Shown here piece after piece: positions 1-11,607 of a DNA stretch of 64,000 nt. Each line of letters opens with the position of its first letter. The stretch's first letter is position 1. The stretch is from Neophaeotheca triangularis. Taxonomy: Eukaryota. Under the pieces are notes generated by a model. It was not told the DNA's origin and made no database searches. It saw nothing but the letters and a program-made list of their open reading frames with translations. Both the position numbers and the translations under genes were made by a program. The stretch covers positions 62,001 to 126,000 of the forward strand of contig BAAIJX010000004.1 in the NCBI GenBank assembly GCA_054600435.1. The letters run 5' to 3'.

Positions 1-319
1 GAAGCAGCTGCGAGACCTGCGTAACCAGGCAGGTATCGGAGTCGGTGGAAGCGGCGGCCTAGCCCTGGGGCAAGTCCATACCGCAGAGCTGAAAGGGGGT
101 CATCTGTTCCCCATGACACATCCGCATGAGTTGGCTCGACATATCTCCGCCTGGTTGCAACCTCGAGTGGTCGAAGTGCGAGCTCAAGACGCAGAGAGAG
201 ACAGAGCGAGAAAGGGGGAGACGAGTGCCGAGCGTTATGCCATCTCCAAGGCGCGGGCAGACGTTATTGCGCAGTGGAACGGCAGCCCGCGGGGGAAGCC
301 ATTCAAGGGTAAATTGTGA
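1..319 (+). CDS. 3' end of an alpha/beta-hydrolase (MpaH-like fungal abhydrolase/thioesterase), probably peroxisomal; 5' part outside the window
   Basis: The frame is open from nt 2: KQLRDLRNQAGIGVGGSGGLALGQVHTAELKGGHLFPMTHP...GKL*. GxGGSGG followed by a GHLxPM catalytic-His motif matches fungal abhydrolases. The C-terminal GKL is PTS1-like. Confidence 0.6.
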   Translation, partial: KQLRDLRNQAGIGVGGSGGLALGQVHTAELKGGHLFPMTHPHELARHISAWLQPRVVEVRAQDAERDRARKGETSAERYAISKARADVIAQWNGSPRGKPFKGKL

Positions 320-379
320 ACAGTATAAGAACGGCGGTGGTAAGGAGACTGCTATACAGGGCTCATGTGGTTGTAGCGT

Positions 380-1850
380 TTAGTAAACAACGCGATAATC
401 GAGCCTGCTAGTTTTGTATCCCTCGAATGTAAGCAGTCTTTCAACCTTACTACGACCGTCACCGTGCCGCCAAGCTCATGAACTGATTGGCATGCAACTT
501 GATCGCCTCTGATTTCGTTTCTTTTGCCCTCTTGCATATCGCACTACTAATAAGGTATGTAGTAACTAGTAAGCCCCCCAGATGGTGCAGTGGTTTTGCC
601 AAGCCGCGGGTAACGTAGATCTTCCCGATCCCGAGTAACCTAGTTTTCTTACCGTCAAGTCCTAAACCGACGTCACCGTCAAGCAGATCCACCAGAAGCT
701 GGGCAATGTGGACAATCCACTCTCAACGTTCTGCAGCCGATCGTGCTACAACTACTGGCAAGGTTGTACACACAGCCTTCAACGTGACGCTGTGCTGCTC
801 CGCAGCGGTACCTTCATCAACAGTTTTTGGGTATCGCCCCGAGCAGAACGCCACCTCGATCTGAAGATCAGGCTCCGTAAACGATGATCGGGAGTAAAAT
901 GACCGACGGCGGTTTTTTGGGGGCACTATCGTACAATAGTTCCGCCACCGAAACGTCGCAGACGAAGGATCGCAAACGCCGTCTGTTTCCTAGGTCATTT
1001 CTGCCCAGACGACACTATGAAGGATCCCAACACTGTCTGAAAACCATCATTGGAAGAGCAGCATGTATTAGCCGGACCTTCAGTGCCAACCGGTTCCCCC
1101 GGGGGCCATCACTATCCCAACATTCATCTAGGATAGCGCGCACTCGCCGGCCTACCTGACAGTCCCTCGATGTTGAGATTAGAACAAAAGCCGTACTGCC
1201 GCAAAGGGCAAGTGCCAAATGCACATTGGAGAAAGCCCTGAGCCCTCCAATGTCGATCAAACCTCGAGATCGCATCCCGATCGGCTTGCTCGGACGGCTC
1301 ATTCGCCGAGCTGCGAGTAGCTATGTACCCGCCTATGGGATAACCTTGAGGGCCTAAATGCACCTCGCCAGTCGTAGTCAGAACGACGTCAAATCGGTCC
1401 ATTCAAGCCCTCTAGCCAGTGGTAAGATAACACGACGAGTTTTCAGGGGTCATGAGATAACCGAACTCAACCCCTCATTTCACCGCTACGACCACGCGGT
1501 CATACGGAATTCAACTGTTGACACTCGAAGAGGCTCCCTGGCGCCTTTGTGCAGCTGTCTCAGCGATACTTCGATGCTGATTAGTGCGGACGGCCATCCT
1601 TTCGAGCAAGCCTCACTAGAGCATGCGGAAAGTCATGTCCGCGTATATCTTGCCGAGAAACAGCACTGCCGAAGGGACTATCGAAGACATCGCTTCCGAG
1701 CACGTTCCATAGAGTGTTAAAGCCAGAAATTTTGATTGATGCGAGCGCCCTGGGTCTGCCGTTGTGGAGCCGGCATCAGCTCCTGGCGAAGATTGCAGCT
1801 CTTTGTATCGGCAACTCGCTGCGTCGTCAGTCAAACTACAGCCCATCTAG
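380..1850 (-). pseudogene. Possible decayed gene of unknown family
   Basis: Minus-strand protein-like segments are broken by stops. 926..723 and 692..459 are the same frame separated by a single TGA, and 1402..1124 and 1846..1616 are further fragments. No recognisable motif. Confidence 0.2.
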
Positions 1851-2260
1851 GTAAGTCGTCCTAGGTGCGTGCGGTACAGGCTCTGGGGTCGATGTAGCCG
1901 GCTACGTGCCAGTTCATAACGATTTCATGATTTCATCAGATGTATCGTCAGAAGTTGCTACGCATCGTTGGCAGCCTGAGTAGATGCTACGTTCTCAGGC
2001 AGACAGGCTGAGCATAAGACGCGCACTTGGCCACTTCATCATGTGCTAAGCGTGTAGTAGCCTCACCGCGAACCTTTTTACTTCATACGATACCTGGCTA
2101 CGACGACAGTTCGACGAGTATGAGAACCACATACGAGATAGACTGTCACATTTCTGCCGTATCTTTTGCTGCTTGTCAGCCTTGCTCGGCAGGTTCGCCC
2201 AAGCAGCAAAGCTACTTGATTTTCCCCCTGCGACAACCAAGAACCTCTCAAAAAGTACTT

Positions 2261-3073
2261 TCAGTTGCTACCGAGAGTCCTACCACCTCCCGACCCTCCG
2301 AGACCCCCCTGGCTACCACCACCCTGCCCGCCCTGAACTCCGCCACCAACATCCACTTTCGCAAATGCAGACAAAAATTCCCAAGTCAACCCTTTGTCCT
2401 CATCGAGGGCCTGCTTGACCTCCGGCACCTTAATGAGCTCTCCGCCATTCTGACGAATCAGCTCATGCATGATGCTCTTGAATTTTCCGGTGACGTCGCC
2501 TTCGTAGAGGGCCAAGACAACCTCTACGACCTTGTCGGTATTGCCGTCGGCGGCGTCGGCGAGGGCTCTGATGCGCTTGGCCATCTCGAGGCGAAGACCG
2601 GGCACCAGGTATTTGTCGGCCGTTCTGAAGACTTCGAGATAAAACGAACAGGCCGGGGCGGTCTCGAGGTGCATGGCCTCGGTCACGGTGGAGGAGTTGG
2701 GGCGGTAAAGCCAGCGGAAAACCATCTCTAGCGCATTGGCGTCGTCGTCGTGGAGCGTGATTTCGGTCTTGCCGGCCTCCTGGATTTGGTTAGTACGTCA
2801 GATCGTGTATTGGGTGTGAGGCCATGTGGTACTTACAGCCCACTCGGAATCTGGCCCCATCGCATTCATGAAGTACGCATTATCGTTGCAGAGGATAATG
2901 CGGTGGAGGCGAATGGAGCGCTCGCTGCTCTTGCCGTAGACGATCTTGATGTCGGAAAAAGCGGCGGCGTTGGCACCACCGGTGAAGAAGCTGATGCCTG
3001 TTAGTTTAACGGTGCAGGACTTGCAGACCGTGAGCGCAGGAACCCACTTGGAGAAATCTCCGACGGAAGGCAT
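2261..3073 (-). CDS. BTB/POZ-domain protein
   Basis: Exons 3073-3048, 2990-2837 and 2779-2261 (introns GTGGGT..CTAAC..CAG and GTAAGT..CTAAC..CAG). Spliced product MPSVGDFSNFFTGG...FSDIKIV...LHRIILC...YF...EAGKTEITLHDDDANALEMVFRWLY is a typical fungal BTB signature. Confidence 0.8.
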
Positions 3074-4199
3074 GGTATGGATAGTGAAGTTGAGGAAGGT
3101 GGAGTTGAATAGGGTAGAGTGTCGGTGAAGTGAGAGAAGAAGAGTTGTAGTAGTTGTATGGTGTGTTGGAGTTGGTATGGAGTGGCTTCGTGTTTGTAGG
3201 AAGATATCGAAAAGGTGATCGTGTAGGTGGGAGGAATAGGAAGAGTCGAAGGTTGTCGAGACAAGGGAAGGCTTTGAAGTAGGCGACCTCAGGGGTCTGT
3301 GCCCCAGCCTGCATGACCACTGCGCCTTCACGCAGACGCACGTGGACAAGCGGTCTATAAGCGTCCGTTCGAGGTGAATGCGGTCGATTGCAGCCAACCA
3401 GCGCCTTCCATTGGACGCTAGCGCCATCCACGACCACTTTGCCTTGATGCGAAGGAAGAAATCGAGTTTGCAAGACCCATTCACGTCTCCCAGGCCCATC
3501 CACGTCTGCTCAGCTCGTCCATCTGATTTTGTTAGCGCCAAGGACCAACCGTTCGAACCAGGCGTTGTCGTTGCGGAAGTCGCTACGGTGAAGGTGGATG
3601 GATCACTTCATTCCTCCCCCACAACACTCTTGAAGACCTCTAATAGCGGATACGCTCACTGTATACCTCTGAGATGGCTGAATCATATAAACAACAGGAA
3701 GCCAAGGAGTCGAAGGCCTCATGTTGTGATATCGGCATGCCGCAAAGCAGCAGACCAAACAGACTCAGAATCGCTTTTGTCATCTTTCCCCTGATATTGC
3801 TGAATCTCCCAGAGAGAAGCAGACAAGACAACAGTACGCACCTATCTTATGGTCCGGAAAGTCGGCAAGAGACAGGAACAAAGGGCTTTGCTACTCTTCT
3901 AGAAGTAACTATCGCTTCTTGAAGGCACGGAGGTATTTTTAGAGCCAGCTGGAAGAAGGCGCTGGGTCGAACCATGGATGATATCGTTGAGACCGTCAGA
4001 CAGGCAAAAAGTTTACTCCCCTCGAAAAGAACAACATATGTACATTCATGCAAAGCGTAAACCATAACAATCGTAACCCAAGCGCCAAGACAGCGGGCCT
4101 AAGCATCACTCATACCTTCATCCAACCCTCCTCCCAGTCTCCTCCGCACCACCAACCAACCCACCGTTCACAGCCCCATGCCTCCCAGCAAAAGCCCAC

Positions 4200-6392
4200 C
4201 TACCACCCCGCCCTCTCCAAAGCCTGTGCAAGAACATCCCTCCGACTCCGATGCAACTCAAGCCCACCATCCCCCTGATCCAAAACCGCCAAAAGCCGCC
4301 TTACATCCGCATAAGCGCGATGAAAAACGGCAACCTCCTTGGCAAAAGCCACACCACCACTTCCCCCAGCACCCCCAGGGCCACTTCCACTTCCACTACC
4401 CCCATCCCCCCCAAAACCAGCACCAGCACCCGCACTCACATCCGCACCCCTCCCCCCCAGAACCTCCCTCCGGACGGCCTCCCCGGCGAAACCCAAAAGA
4501 TGCGCGACAGCCAGGCCCTCCTCAAAAGCTCTGAACCAAAAAACCCACCAGACGGGCGCTTCCAGGGGGAAGAAGTCCCAAAACCCAAAGAAGGCCTGCA
4601 GCGCCTCGCTAGCGGACTGCAAAGCGGCGGGGACATTGCACTCGACGCCCGCGGCGGCGTTCTCGCTCGCTTGGAGTAGCATGAGGCAGTGGTGGTAGTT
4701 GCTTGTGGCGAAGAGGGCTTGGCGGAGGTGGCGGGGGGAGGTACCGGGGGTAGGAGTCGTGAGGAGGGCCGGGGGGAAGGTTCTGTGTAAGCGGCGGAAA
4801 GCGGCTATTAGGGTTTCTTTGTGGCGGGGGGATTTGGCTAGTGGGAGGGAGAGGGAGAGTGGGGAGGAGAGGTTCTCTTGGACAAGGTTGCCCAGGTGCC
4901 ACATGCTGCGGAGGTAGGCGAGGTCGTTGGTGGCGGTTTTCGGGTCGACGAGGTGGTGGGGTTGAGGGGGGATTGTGGTGTTGGGGTGGGAGGGGGGAGG
5001 GGCGATGACGGAGATAGACATGAGGTTTTCGACGCGCGAGTGGGCGCCGGTGCAGAGCGGGTCTTCGGTGCCAGTGCCTGGGGCGAGTTCGGCCGCGTCG
5101 CTGAGGGATTCTACTGGGACATCGGAGTGCGTGGCTGTGGGGGGCAGTTTGAGTAGGACGGTAAGGAACGTGTCTTGGAAGAAGACGGCTTGCCAGAGTT
5201 TGCGGCGCTGTTGTTTCTCCAGGATGCTGGCGCCGGGGACTGAGATTTCCGGGTCGCGGTGCAGTCGCATGGCGTAGCTTTGTCGGAGGTGTATGCCGGC
5301 CCAGGCGTAAGCGTCGGAAGCGTGATTATCGTTCATGAGGAAGTACGCCATTAGCAACATCGCCTGGATAGCCCGCATACTCGTGCGGTTCAGGTACGAA
5401 TAAATGCGCAGACTCTGATTGGCAGCACTGGCATAGAACTCGGCCGTCTGACTTCGCTCCTTGAAACTGCTGCTCTGCACAAACTGCGTGCCGAGCGCAT
5501 AGATGGCATAATGCAGCGCCAACATAGCCGCATCGGACTCATTCTTCTCCTCGGTAGGCATATTCCAAAAGCGCTCGTAGTCCGCGTAAAAAGTCCTGCG
5601 GTGGATGAACGGGTAGACCGGATCGACGCACTCAAAGTACTGACTGACGAGGATATCGGCTTGCTCTCTCGACGGCATGACGGAGATGACTTCCGGCAAA
5701 CCGCCAGCGCACGTCCAGTAGTTGCTGAAAGGGTGCTGGCTCCCGACGCCAAAGACATTGCTAGGCGACGACTTGGAGTAAGGGACATTGCTGAGCAAGT
5801 ACGGAGAAGTACCGCCACCGAGGCCAGCCGCGGTGGAGAAACTGCTCCGACCGCCATACGTCTGCGAAGGGTTGTAGGTGGTATTCGACGCGCCTCCAGT
5901 AACCGGGACCGCGGCAGCATCACCCCCATCACCTCCAACCCCCAGACCCTGGGCCCCATGCGCTAGCTTTCTAACTTTGGAAGCAGCCGGTTTGGTAATG
6001 ACCCTGGCCTTCGCAGCAGCCGGGCTTGTGGAAGTCCTATCCGCGCTCGCAATCAAGTTGGCGACAGCCGTGTACTCGCAATTGGACTGGCGCTTGACAC
6101 AAGCGAGACACGGGCGGCTGCGGTCACATTTAGTCTTGCGCTCGACGCACTCAAGGCAGGAGAGCGTGGGCTTGTTGCGTTTTTGCTTGGGCTTGTTGGT
6201 GTTGGAAGCATCGTTGTCAGTGGCCGCCGGGGTGTTGATGGTGGTGGTGGTGGTGGTGGGAGAAGTCGCCAAAGCCTGTTGCTGCGGTGGCGGTGCTAGG
6301 GGTGGTGGATGGTTGTCATAGCCGTTGGAATAGTCTTGTAGGGACTGGAACGACCGCTTGTCCCCAGCAGAGGCCTCGTGCGACGGTTCCAT
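4200..6392 (-). CDS. Zn(II)2Cys6 fungal transcription factor with fungal-specific TF (middle homology) domain
   Basis: 730-aa ORF with CLECVERKTKCDRSRPCLACVKRQSNC binuclear cluster. YFECVDPVYPFIHRRTF and LHRDPE...RRKLWQ are Fungal_trans-type motifs. Confidence 0.93.
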   Translation of the reverse strand: MEPSHEASAGDKRSFQSLQDYSNGYDNHPPPLAPPPQQQALATSPTTTTTTINTPAATDNDASNTNKPKQKRNKPTLSCLECVERKTKCDRSRPCLACVKRQSNCEYTAVANLIASADRTSTSPAAAKARVITKPAASKVRKLAHGAQGLGVGGDGGDAAAVPVTGGASNTTYNPSQTYGGRSSFSTAAGLGGGTSPYLLSNVPYSKSSPSNVFGVGSQHPFSNYWTCAGGLPEVISVMPSREQADILVSQYFECVDPVYPFIHRRTFYADYERFWNMPTEEKNESDAAMLALHYAIYALGTQFVQSSSFKERSQTAEFYASAANQSLRIYSYLNRTSMRAIQAMLLMAYFLMNDNHASDAYAWAGIHLRQSYAMRLHRDPEISVPGASILEKQQRRKLWQAVFFQDTFLTVLLKLPPTATHSDVPVESLSDAAELAPGTGTEDPLCTGAHSRVENLMSISVIAPPPSHPNTTIPPQPHHLVDPKTATNDLAYLRSMWHLGNLVQENLSSPLSLSLPLAKSPRHKETLIAAFRRLHRTFPPALLTTPTPGTSPRHLRQALFATSNYHHCLMLLQASENAAAGVECNVPAALQSASEALQAFFGFWDFFPLEAPVWWVFWFRAFEEGLAVAHLLGFAGEAVRREVLGGRGADVSAGAGAGFGGDGGSGSGSGPGGAGGSGGVAFAKEVAVFHRAYADVRRLLAVLDQGDGGLELHRSRRDVLAQALERAGW

Positions 6393-6871
6393 ATCTTGTC
6401 CTTATTCCCTGGTTATTCGCGAGTGCCAGCTGTTAATGCCGCGTTATAGCCAGACGCTGGACATGAATCGTCGGGAGACGGCGGGGACTTGGCTGCCGAT
6501 TGGTGAAACCAGACGTCACTTCGACTTCATCTAGCCCGAGCCTTTCAGACACTTTCGTGGTCTTGCTGGTAATGAAGAGGTATCGTAGTAGCAGTAGTAA
6601 CCAAATGCGTCGTTGTATGATAGCGACAATTCTTGGCAGTGTACCTTATTCTACCTTCGGCCTCTTGCACTTCTTCTATCGCTGACAACCTCCTAATATC
6701 CGCCACGTCCACGATGAAGTCGACTTTACCTTTAGCCGTCGCGAAGCCGAAACTAGCGTGGGACCCGGGACGAGCCCCCGCTCTGTCAGTAGCGGTTTGC
6801 TTGGCATCAGAACCACCTCTTGCAGTGCACCTCTTTATGCGCGTATACTCTACCTGGGTATAGGTACACAG

Positions 6872-6876
6872 CTCTC

Positions 6877-6915
<39 letters not shown>
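6872..6915. repeat. (CT)n microsatellite
   Basis: About 22 CT units with one interruption. Confidence 0.95.
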
Positions 6916-6916
<1 letters not shown>

Positions 6917-7197
6917 GGTTAGGATTCAGACATGTTCAAGATGACAACAGAATGATTTAAAATTACAAAGCCTCGTCTACACAGAACAAGCACCCTTTCC
7001 AACGACCACCAAGTCTCGAGGCGTCCACCACTCCCAGCTCTTAGACAAGTACCCCCCCCTCCCATCAACATTATTCCTCTCGAATGGCGCGCAACGCTAA
7101 AATCGCCCTCGTCAACTTCAACTACTTTGCCTTCCCAGATCCCCACCTACATCCTTCCCTTTCCCAACCAACCCCTGATTGAAAAAAAAAAGCCTTC

Positions 7198-8937
7198 CTA
7201 CCCAGCATGCTCAACAATCTCGGTGACCAGCTTCCCATTCTTGACAAAACTCCTCATTTGCTCAGGCAAAGGACACTCGCTGGAATCCGCCTCCTCCCCA
7301 GCCCCCTCTCTAGGAGGGAGCACAACATTCACAGAACTGCTCTTGGAGCTCAGCACCTCGGTCCCGACATCGCCCGCAGGCAAGAAGATCTGCGCGCCAT
7401 CGACCTGATCGAGCATTACTGTCGGCAGACTGCCCGTGACTTGCAAAGCGAAACCGGGACACTTGATGACGTCGACCGAGGAGACGAGGGTGTCGAGGAG
7501 GATTTGGGTGCGTGGGGAATTGTCGATGGAGATGGCGTTGGCTTTGCCTTTGAGAATGATGGTGGTGTTTGTGCAGCGGGTAATGAGGATGGATTGGGAG
7601 ATTTCAACTTCGAGTTCAATTGGGGAGGAGGGGGAGTCGTGGTTTTCGATGAGCCATTTGTTGCCGTCGAGTTCTTTTTTCGGTTGGCGTTTGGGTTGGG
7701 TTGTTTGAGGGGTCGAAGTGGTTGTCGCGGAGTTTTGTCGCATAGAGGCCGGTTTGGGCTTGGGGTCTGGGCCGCGTGAGCGGCTTCGTTCGGAGTCTGG
7801 GGTCGAAGTCGTTTGCTGGGTGCGGAGGGAAGGATTCTTGTGCGTCATTTGCGATTTGTCGACTTTTTTGAGACCTTTGGTTACTTCCTCGCCGCGGTTT
7901 AGTTCGGAGAAGACGGCGCCCATGTCGGCGGGTTGGGATTTGTTCTGAGGGGCAGGGCCTGGTGGTGGTGGGGGAGGGCCACCTGCGTTGTCGAAGTTTG
8001 GCATGGGTGGTGGTGGTGGCGGTGGTGGTGGCGCGCCGCCCGATGAGGCAGCACCGTTTGTGGTGGGTGTGGTACTATCAGAACTGTCGGAAGACGAATC
8101 GGAAGGCAAACTTTCTTTCCAAGCCTGAGGGGCGGGGATGCCATTATTGTTCCACGTCACACCGCTGGGGTAGTGTTTCTTGATGTACGACTGCAACGCC
8201 TTCAGCAGCCCGTAGTAAGCCTGGACATACTTGACTTGTGGCTGTCCTCCATCCTTCTCCTTGTTGGCGGACAAGACTCTGTTGCCAAACATTTGCGCGC
8301 CTCCAATGATCTCACCAACAAAATCCGCCGGCTTGCCGTCCATGACAAGCCACTGCAAAGCGCCAATACCCTCTGCAACCATGCTCAATTGGTCTTTGTA
8401 AGGTGAAGCACGGTTGCTCTCCCGCACTTCGCCCACGGCACTCATATCGGCTTGAAGATCGGAGATGAGAACCGCGGCATCAGAGGAAGTCATATCCGGC
8501 TTCTTCGCACGCGTGCTGACGAGGACAAAGCGACGCTGATCCGCAAAAGCCTTCTCAACAGCCCTGGCCTGCTCCTCCACTGCCTTGTCTCCCAATTCCT
8601 TAGCTCGGGAGGCAAAGTTTTTGGCGTGTTCGTCTAGCAAGGCATCCATCTCGGTGATTTGGGTGGGCACTGGAGGGTGTGTTGCTGTGTCTCGTGCTTT
8701 CGATGCATTCTCGGCTGTAGCTGGGAGTTCGGGGGCCGAGGAAGATTGGTGCATGCCCCCGGCCGCGCCGGTTGCGAGTTGGCCGGCGGATACATGTTGC
8801 GCGCTGGGATCGGTAGCGGAGGAGGCGATGTCTTCGAGACGGGAGGTTGCGGCTTCGAGTCTGCGGATGAGAGTTGTTAGGGGGTTTGGCTTGTCGAGAA
8901 CGGTAGCGGAGGGTGAGGTGGGCGAAGGAGCAGTCAT
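7198..8937 (-). CDS. SRV2: Adenylyl cyclase-associated protein (CAP/Srv2)
   Basis: N-terminal LIRRLEAATSRLEDIA motif, polyproline tract, WH2-like AVFSELNRGEEVTKGLKKV, and C-terminal CARP beta-helix ending KLVTEIVEHAG. Likely start MTAPSP at 8937. Confidence 0.95.
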   Translation of the reverse strand: MTAPSPTSPSATVLDKPNPLTTLIRRLEAATSRLEDIASSATDPSAQHVSAGQLATGAAGGMHQSSSAPELPATAENASKARDTATHPPVPTQITEMDALLDEHAKNFASRAKELGDKAVEEQARAVEKAFADQRRFVLVSTRAKKPDMTSSDAAVLISDLQADMSAVGEVRESNRASPYKDQLSMVAEGIGALQWLVMDGKPADFVGEIIGGAQMFGNRVLSANKEKDGGQPQVKYVQAYYGLLKALQSYIKKHYPSGVTWNNNGIPAPQAWKESLPSDSSSDSSDSTTPTTNGAASSGGAPPPPPPPPPMPNFDNAGGPPPPPPGPAPQNKSQPADMGAVFSELNRGEEVTKGLKKVDKSQMTHKNPSLRTQQTTSTPDSERSRSRGPDPKPKPASMRQNSATTTSTPQTTQPKRQPKKELDGNKWLIENHDSPSSPIELEVEISQSILITRCTNTTIILKGKANAISIDNSPRTQILLDTLVSSVDVIKCPGFALQVTGSLPTVMLDQVDGAQIFLPAGDVGTEVLSSKSSSVNVVLPPREGAGEEADSSECPLPEQMRSFVKNGKLVTEIVEHAG

Positions 8938-9473
8938 GATGGTTGGGATGGAGACGAAGAAGGAGAAGAGGAAGAAGGAGAAGAAGAGTAGTACCGCTTG
9001 ATCAAAGTAGTCAAGTTGTTCATCTGACCAGGTCCACCGGGAGCAGTCATGTTTACAAAGTATCGGAGGTATGATGATGATCTCTTTCCCTTCCTGCCTA
9101 TAAGGGGGAGCTCTGGCGATCGCTGCTGCTGCTGGTATCCGTGTGACCTGCGGGGTCTGTTGCTGCTGCTGCCTCACACGACTGGATTGAGCAAACAAAC
9201 AAATAAAAAAAGAATAGGGATCTTGAAGAAATGATAGGAGGAATCTGACGTTAAGCTAGGGGGGGTTAGCTAAGGCAAGGCAAGGTATGTGTCTCAGTGT
9301 CCGTCATGAGACACGACGGGACATGGGAAACTTGTCGTCGTCGTAGCCAAGCATCGGAGCTGGCCCCTGGTGGCACGCTAGGCTCTGCCCGCTCCCGGGG
9401 GCTCTTTGATTGCAACGCCACATCCGGACCACGACGACGATAATAATAGTACCTAGATACACCCGGGAAGCGA

Positions 9474-9496
9474 TACATATACATATACATATATAT
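9474..9496. repeat. (TACATA)n/(TA)n simple repeat in the SRV2-PfkB divergent intergenic region
   Basis: tacatatacatatacatatatat. Confidence 0.8.
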
Positions 9497-9520
9497 TTAT
9501 GTGTGTGTGTCATGTTAACC

Positions 9521-10973
9521 ATGAACGTCCAGGGGAGCGAAGAATCCGCCAAAAATCATGCTATCGACTTTTGCACCTTGGGCATGTTCATAATCGGTAG
9601 GTGGCATTATTAACAATTCGTCCTCTCTTTCTCAAAATCAGCCCCTGTGTTCCATCTTCATCCGCTTCACCGAGTCAATTGCAAAAATACGAAAGGGTGA
9701 AGAGAGAGAAACCGAAGAATTTGGACTTCGCACTCGAGATAGTGGTGTCCCCGAGGCTTCAAAGGATTGAAAGGAGAAAAAAGCAAACCCCAAACTCGCA
9801 ACACTCCACCACCCATCCACTCGTGCCACTTTCAAAAAACTAACCCCACTCCCAGACGAGATCCACCCCCCACCCAATGCTCCCGACCGCATACCCCAAC
9901 TAAACATCATCGGCGGCGCGGGAACCTACGCAGCCTTAGGTGCACGCCTCTTCAGCCCGGCCCCCAACCTCTCGCGCAGCATATCATGGCTCATAGACAC
10001 CGGCCCCGACTTCCCCCCTTCCGCCCTCACGACGATAAAATCCTGGCAAACTTCCGCAATCCTCCGCTCGCGCTCATCCCCCACAACACGCGGTTGGAAC
10101 GGCTACACCAACGACAAAGGGACGCGGGAATTCCGTTACTTGACGGCGAAACTGCGAGTCGGGGTGGGGGATCTCGACGCCGCCGGGTTGAGAAGCCGGA
10201 GTTTCCATCTCATCTGCAACCCGCAGAGGTTGGTGGAAGAAGTGCAGGCACTGTGGACGAAACTCGCGGAAGCCGGGGTCAGCCATCGCCCTTATATCGT
10301 ATGGGAGCCTGTGCCGGACTTGTGCGTGCCGGAGCAGCTTGCAGCGACCCTCGAGGCTTTGCGGTTCGTTGACGTCGTCAGCCCGAATCACGAGGAGCTT
10401 GCATCGTTGTTCGCTGGCACGGCAGAAGCGCAAACCGCCTCTCCCACCACCACCACCTCCTCCGACTACGACAGCGACGGCGGCGATTCTACCAACCCCA
10501 CCCTCGAAACCCTCGCCCAAACCCTCGTAACCCACGGCATCGGCCCAAACAGCACAGGCCTAGCCCTAATCCGCGCGGGCGCCAAAGGCGTCTACCTCGC
10601 CTCCCAAACCACAACCGCGCGCCCCCTCAGCAACAGCCTTCCCCCCAGCACCTCCTCCCCCAGCAGCCCTTTCCCCAACACTTCTCCCCGTCAAAACCCC
10701 AACTCCCTCCACCGCTGGCTCCCGCCCTACCACCCAACCCCGGAAAAAGTGCTCGACCCCACCGGCGGCGGCAACACCTTCCTCGGCGCTTTCAGCGTGG
10801 GACTAGTGCGGAATCGGGGCGATTGGGTCGAAGCGGCCAAATGGGGAAATGTCGGGGCGGGGGTAGGGATCGAGCAGGTTGGGGTTCCGGAGCTTAGTTT
10901 TGGGGAGGGGGAGAGGTGGAATGGTGTGGGGGTTTGGGAGAGGTTGGAGGGGTATAAGGGGCGGGTGGGTTGA
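9521..10973 (+). CDS. PfkB/ribokinase-family carbohydrate kinase (Mak32-like)
   Basis: Exon 9521-9596, intron 9597-9855 (GTAGGT..CTAAC..CAG), exon 9856-10973. Product contains DFCTLGMFIIDEI...IIGGAGTYAALGARLF and the PfkB signature VLDPTGGGNTFLGAF. Confidence 0.88.
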
Positions 10974-11607
10974 GATTTGGATCAAGGGAGGTGGCGGGGA
11001 GGGGTCGGGCTTCGGTTTCTTTGGGACATGGACGCCAGGTTTCTGGTGCTGAGTAGGCCGAGTTGTGGTGATGGGAAAGCACGAGAGTGTATCGAGTCGG
11101 GTCCGCAGTCGGAAAAAGAAATTGAGGAAAAGGCGCTCATGTCAACTACAGACAGCAACGTTTGTTGGTTCACGGAGAACCGACTCCTCAGATCGAAATA
11201 GAAACTGATAATATGGATAGAAATATGGAAACAGAGGTACACCATAGACGCAGAAGGCAATGCTTCAAGTTTAGGAGAAGCTCCAAACCAAAGACATGCG
11301 CATCCAGCGGGAGCTCGCAATAGGTAAGTATAGAAGCAAAATATAATGAGCGAGGGGTATAAGCAAGCCAGCAAGCCCTACCAAAAGAAGACCCGAAAGC
11401 ATACACTCCCGGTCCGAAACGGACGGAAACGCCTGCAGCCAGCGCCAACCCAGACAACCCGCAGACGCCCATTTCCCGAAAGCCTATCCAGCAAGCTCTG
11501 CCGTCAACACCAACGCAACCCACGCCCAAAGCTTATCCTAATGCCACCCTCAAACCCCTCTTTCAGCCCCTTCCCTACCCCATTTCCCCAAGCCCAGCTC
11601 CGTCACC

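Noticed and set aside
8938..9198. N-terminal extension of SRV2 in the ORF track (likewise 3074-3541 for the BTB gene and 38423-38548 for the RBM26-like gene)
   Set aside because: They use non-ATG starts and UTR-like low-complexity sequence. Conserved domains begin after the downstream ATGs.
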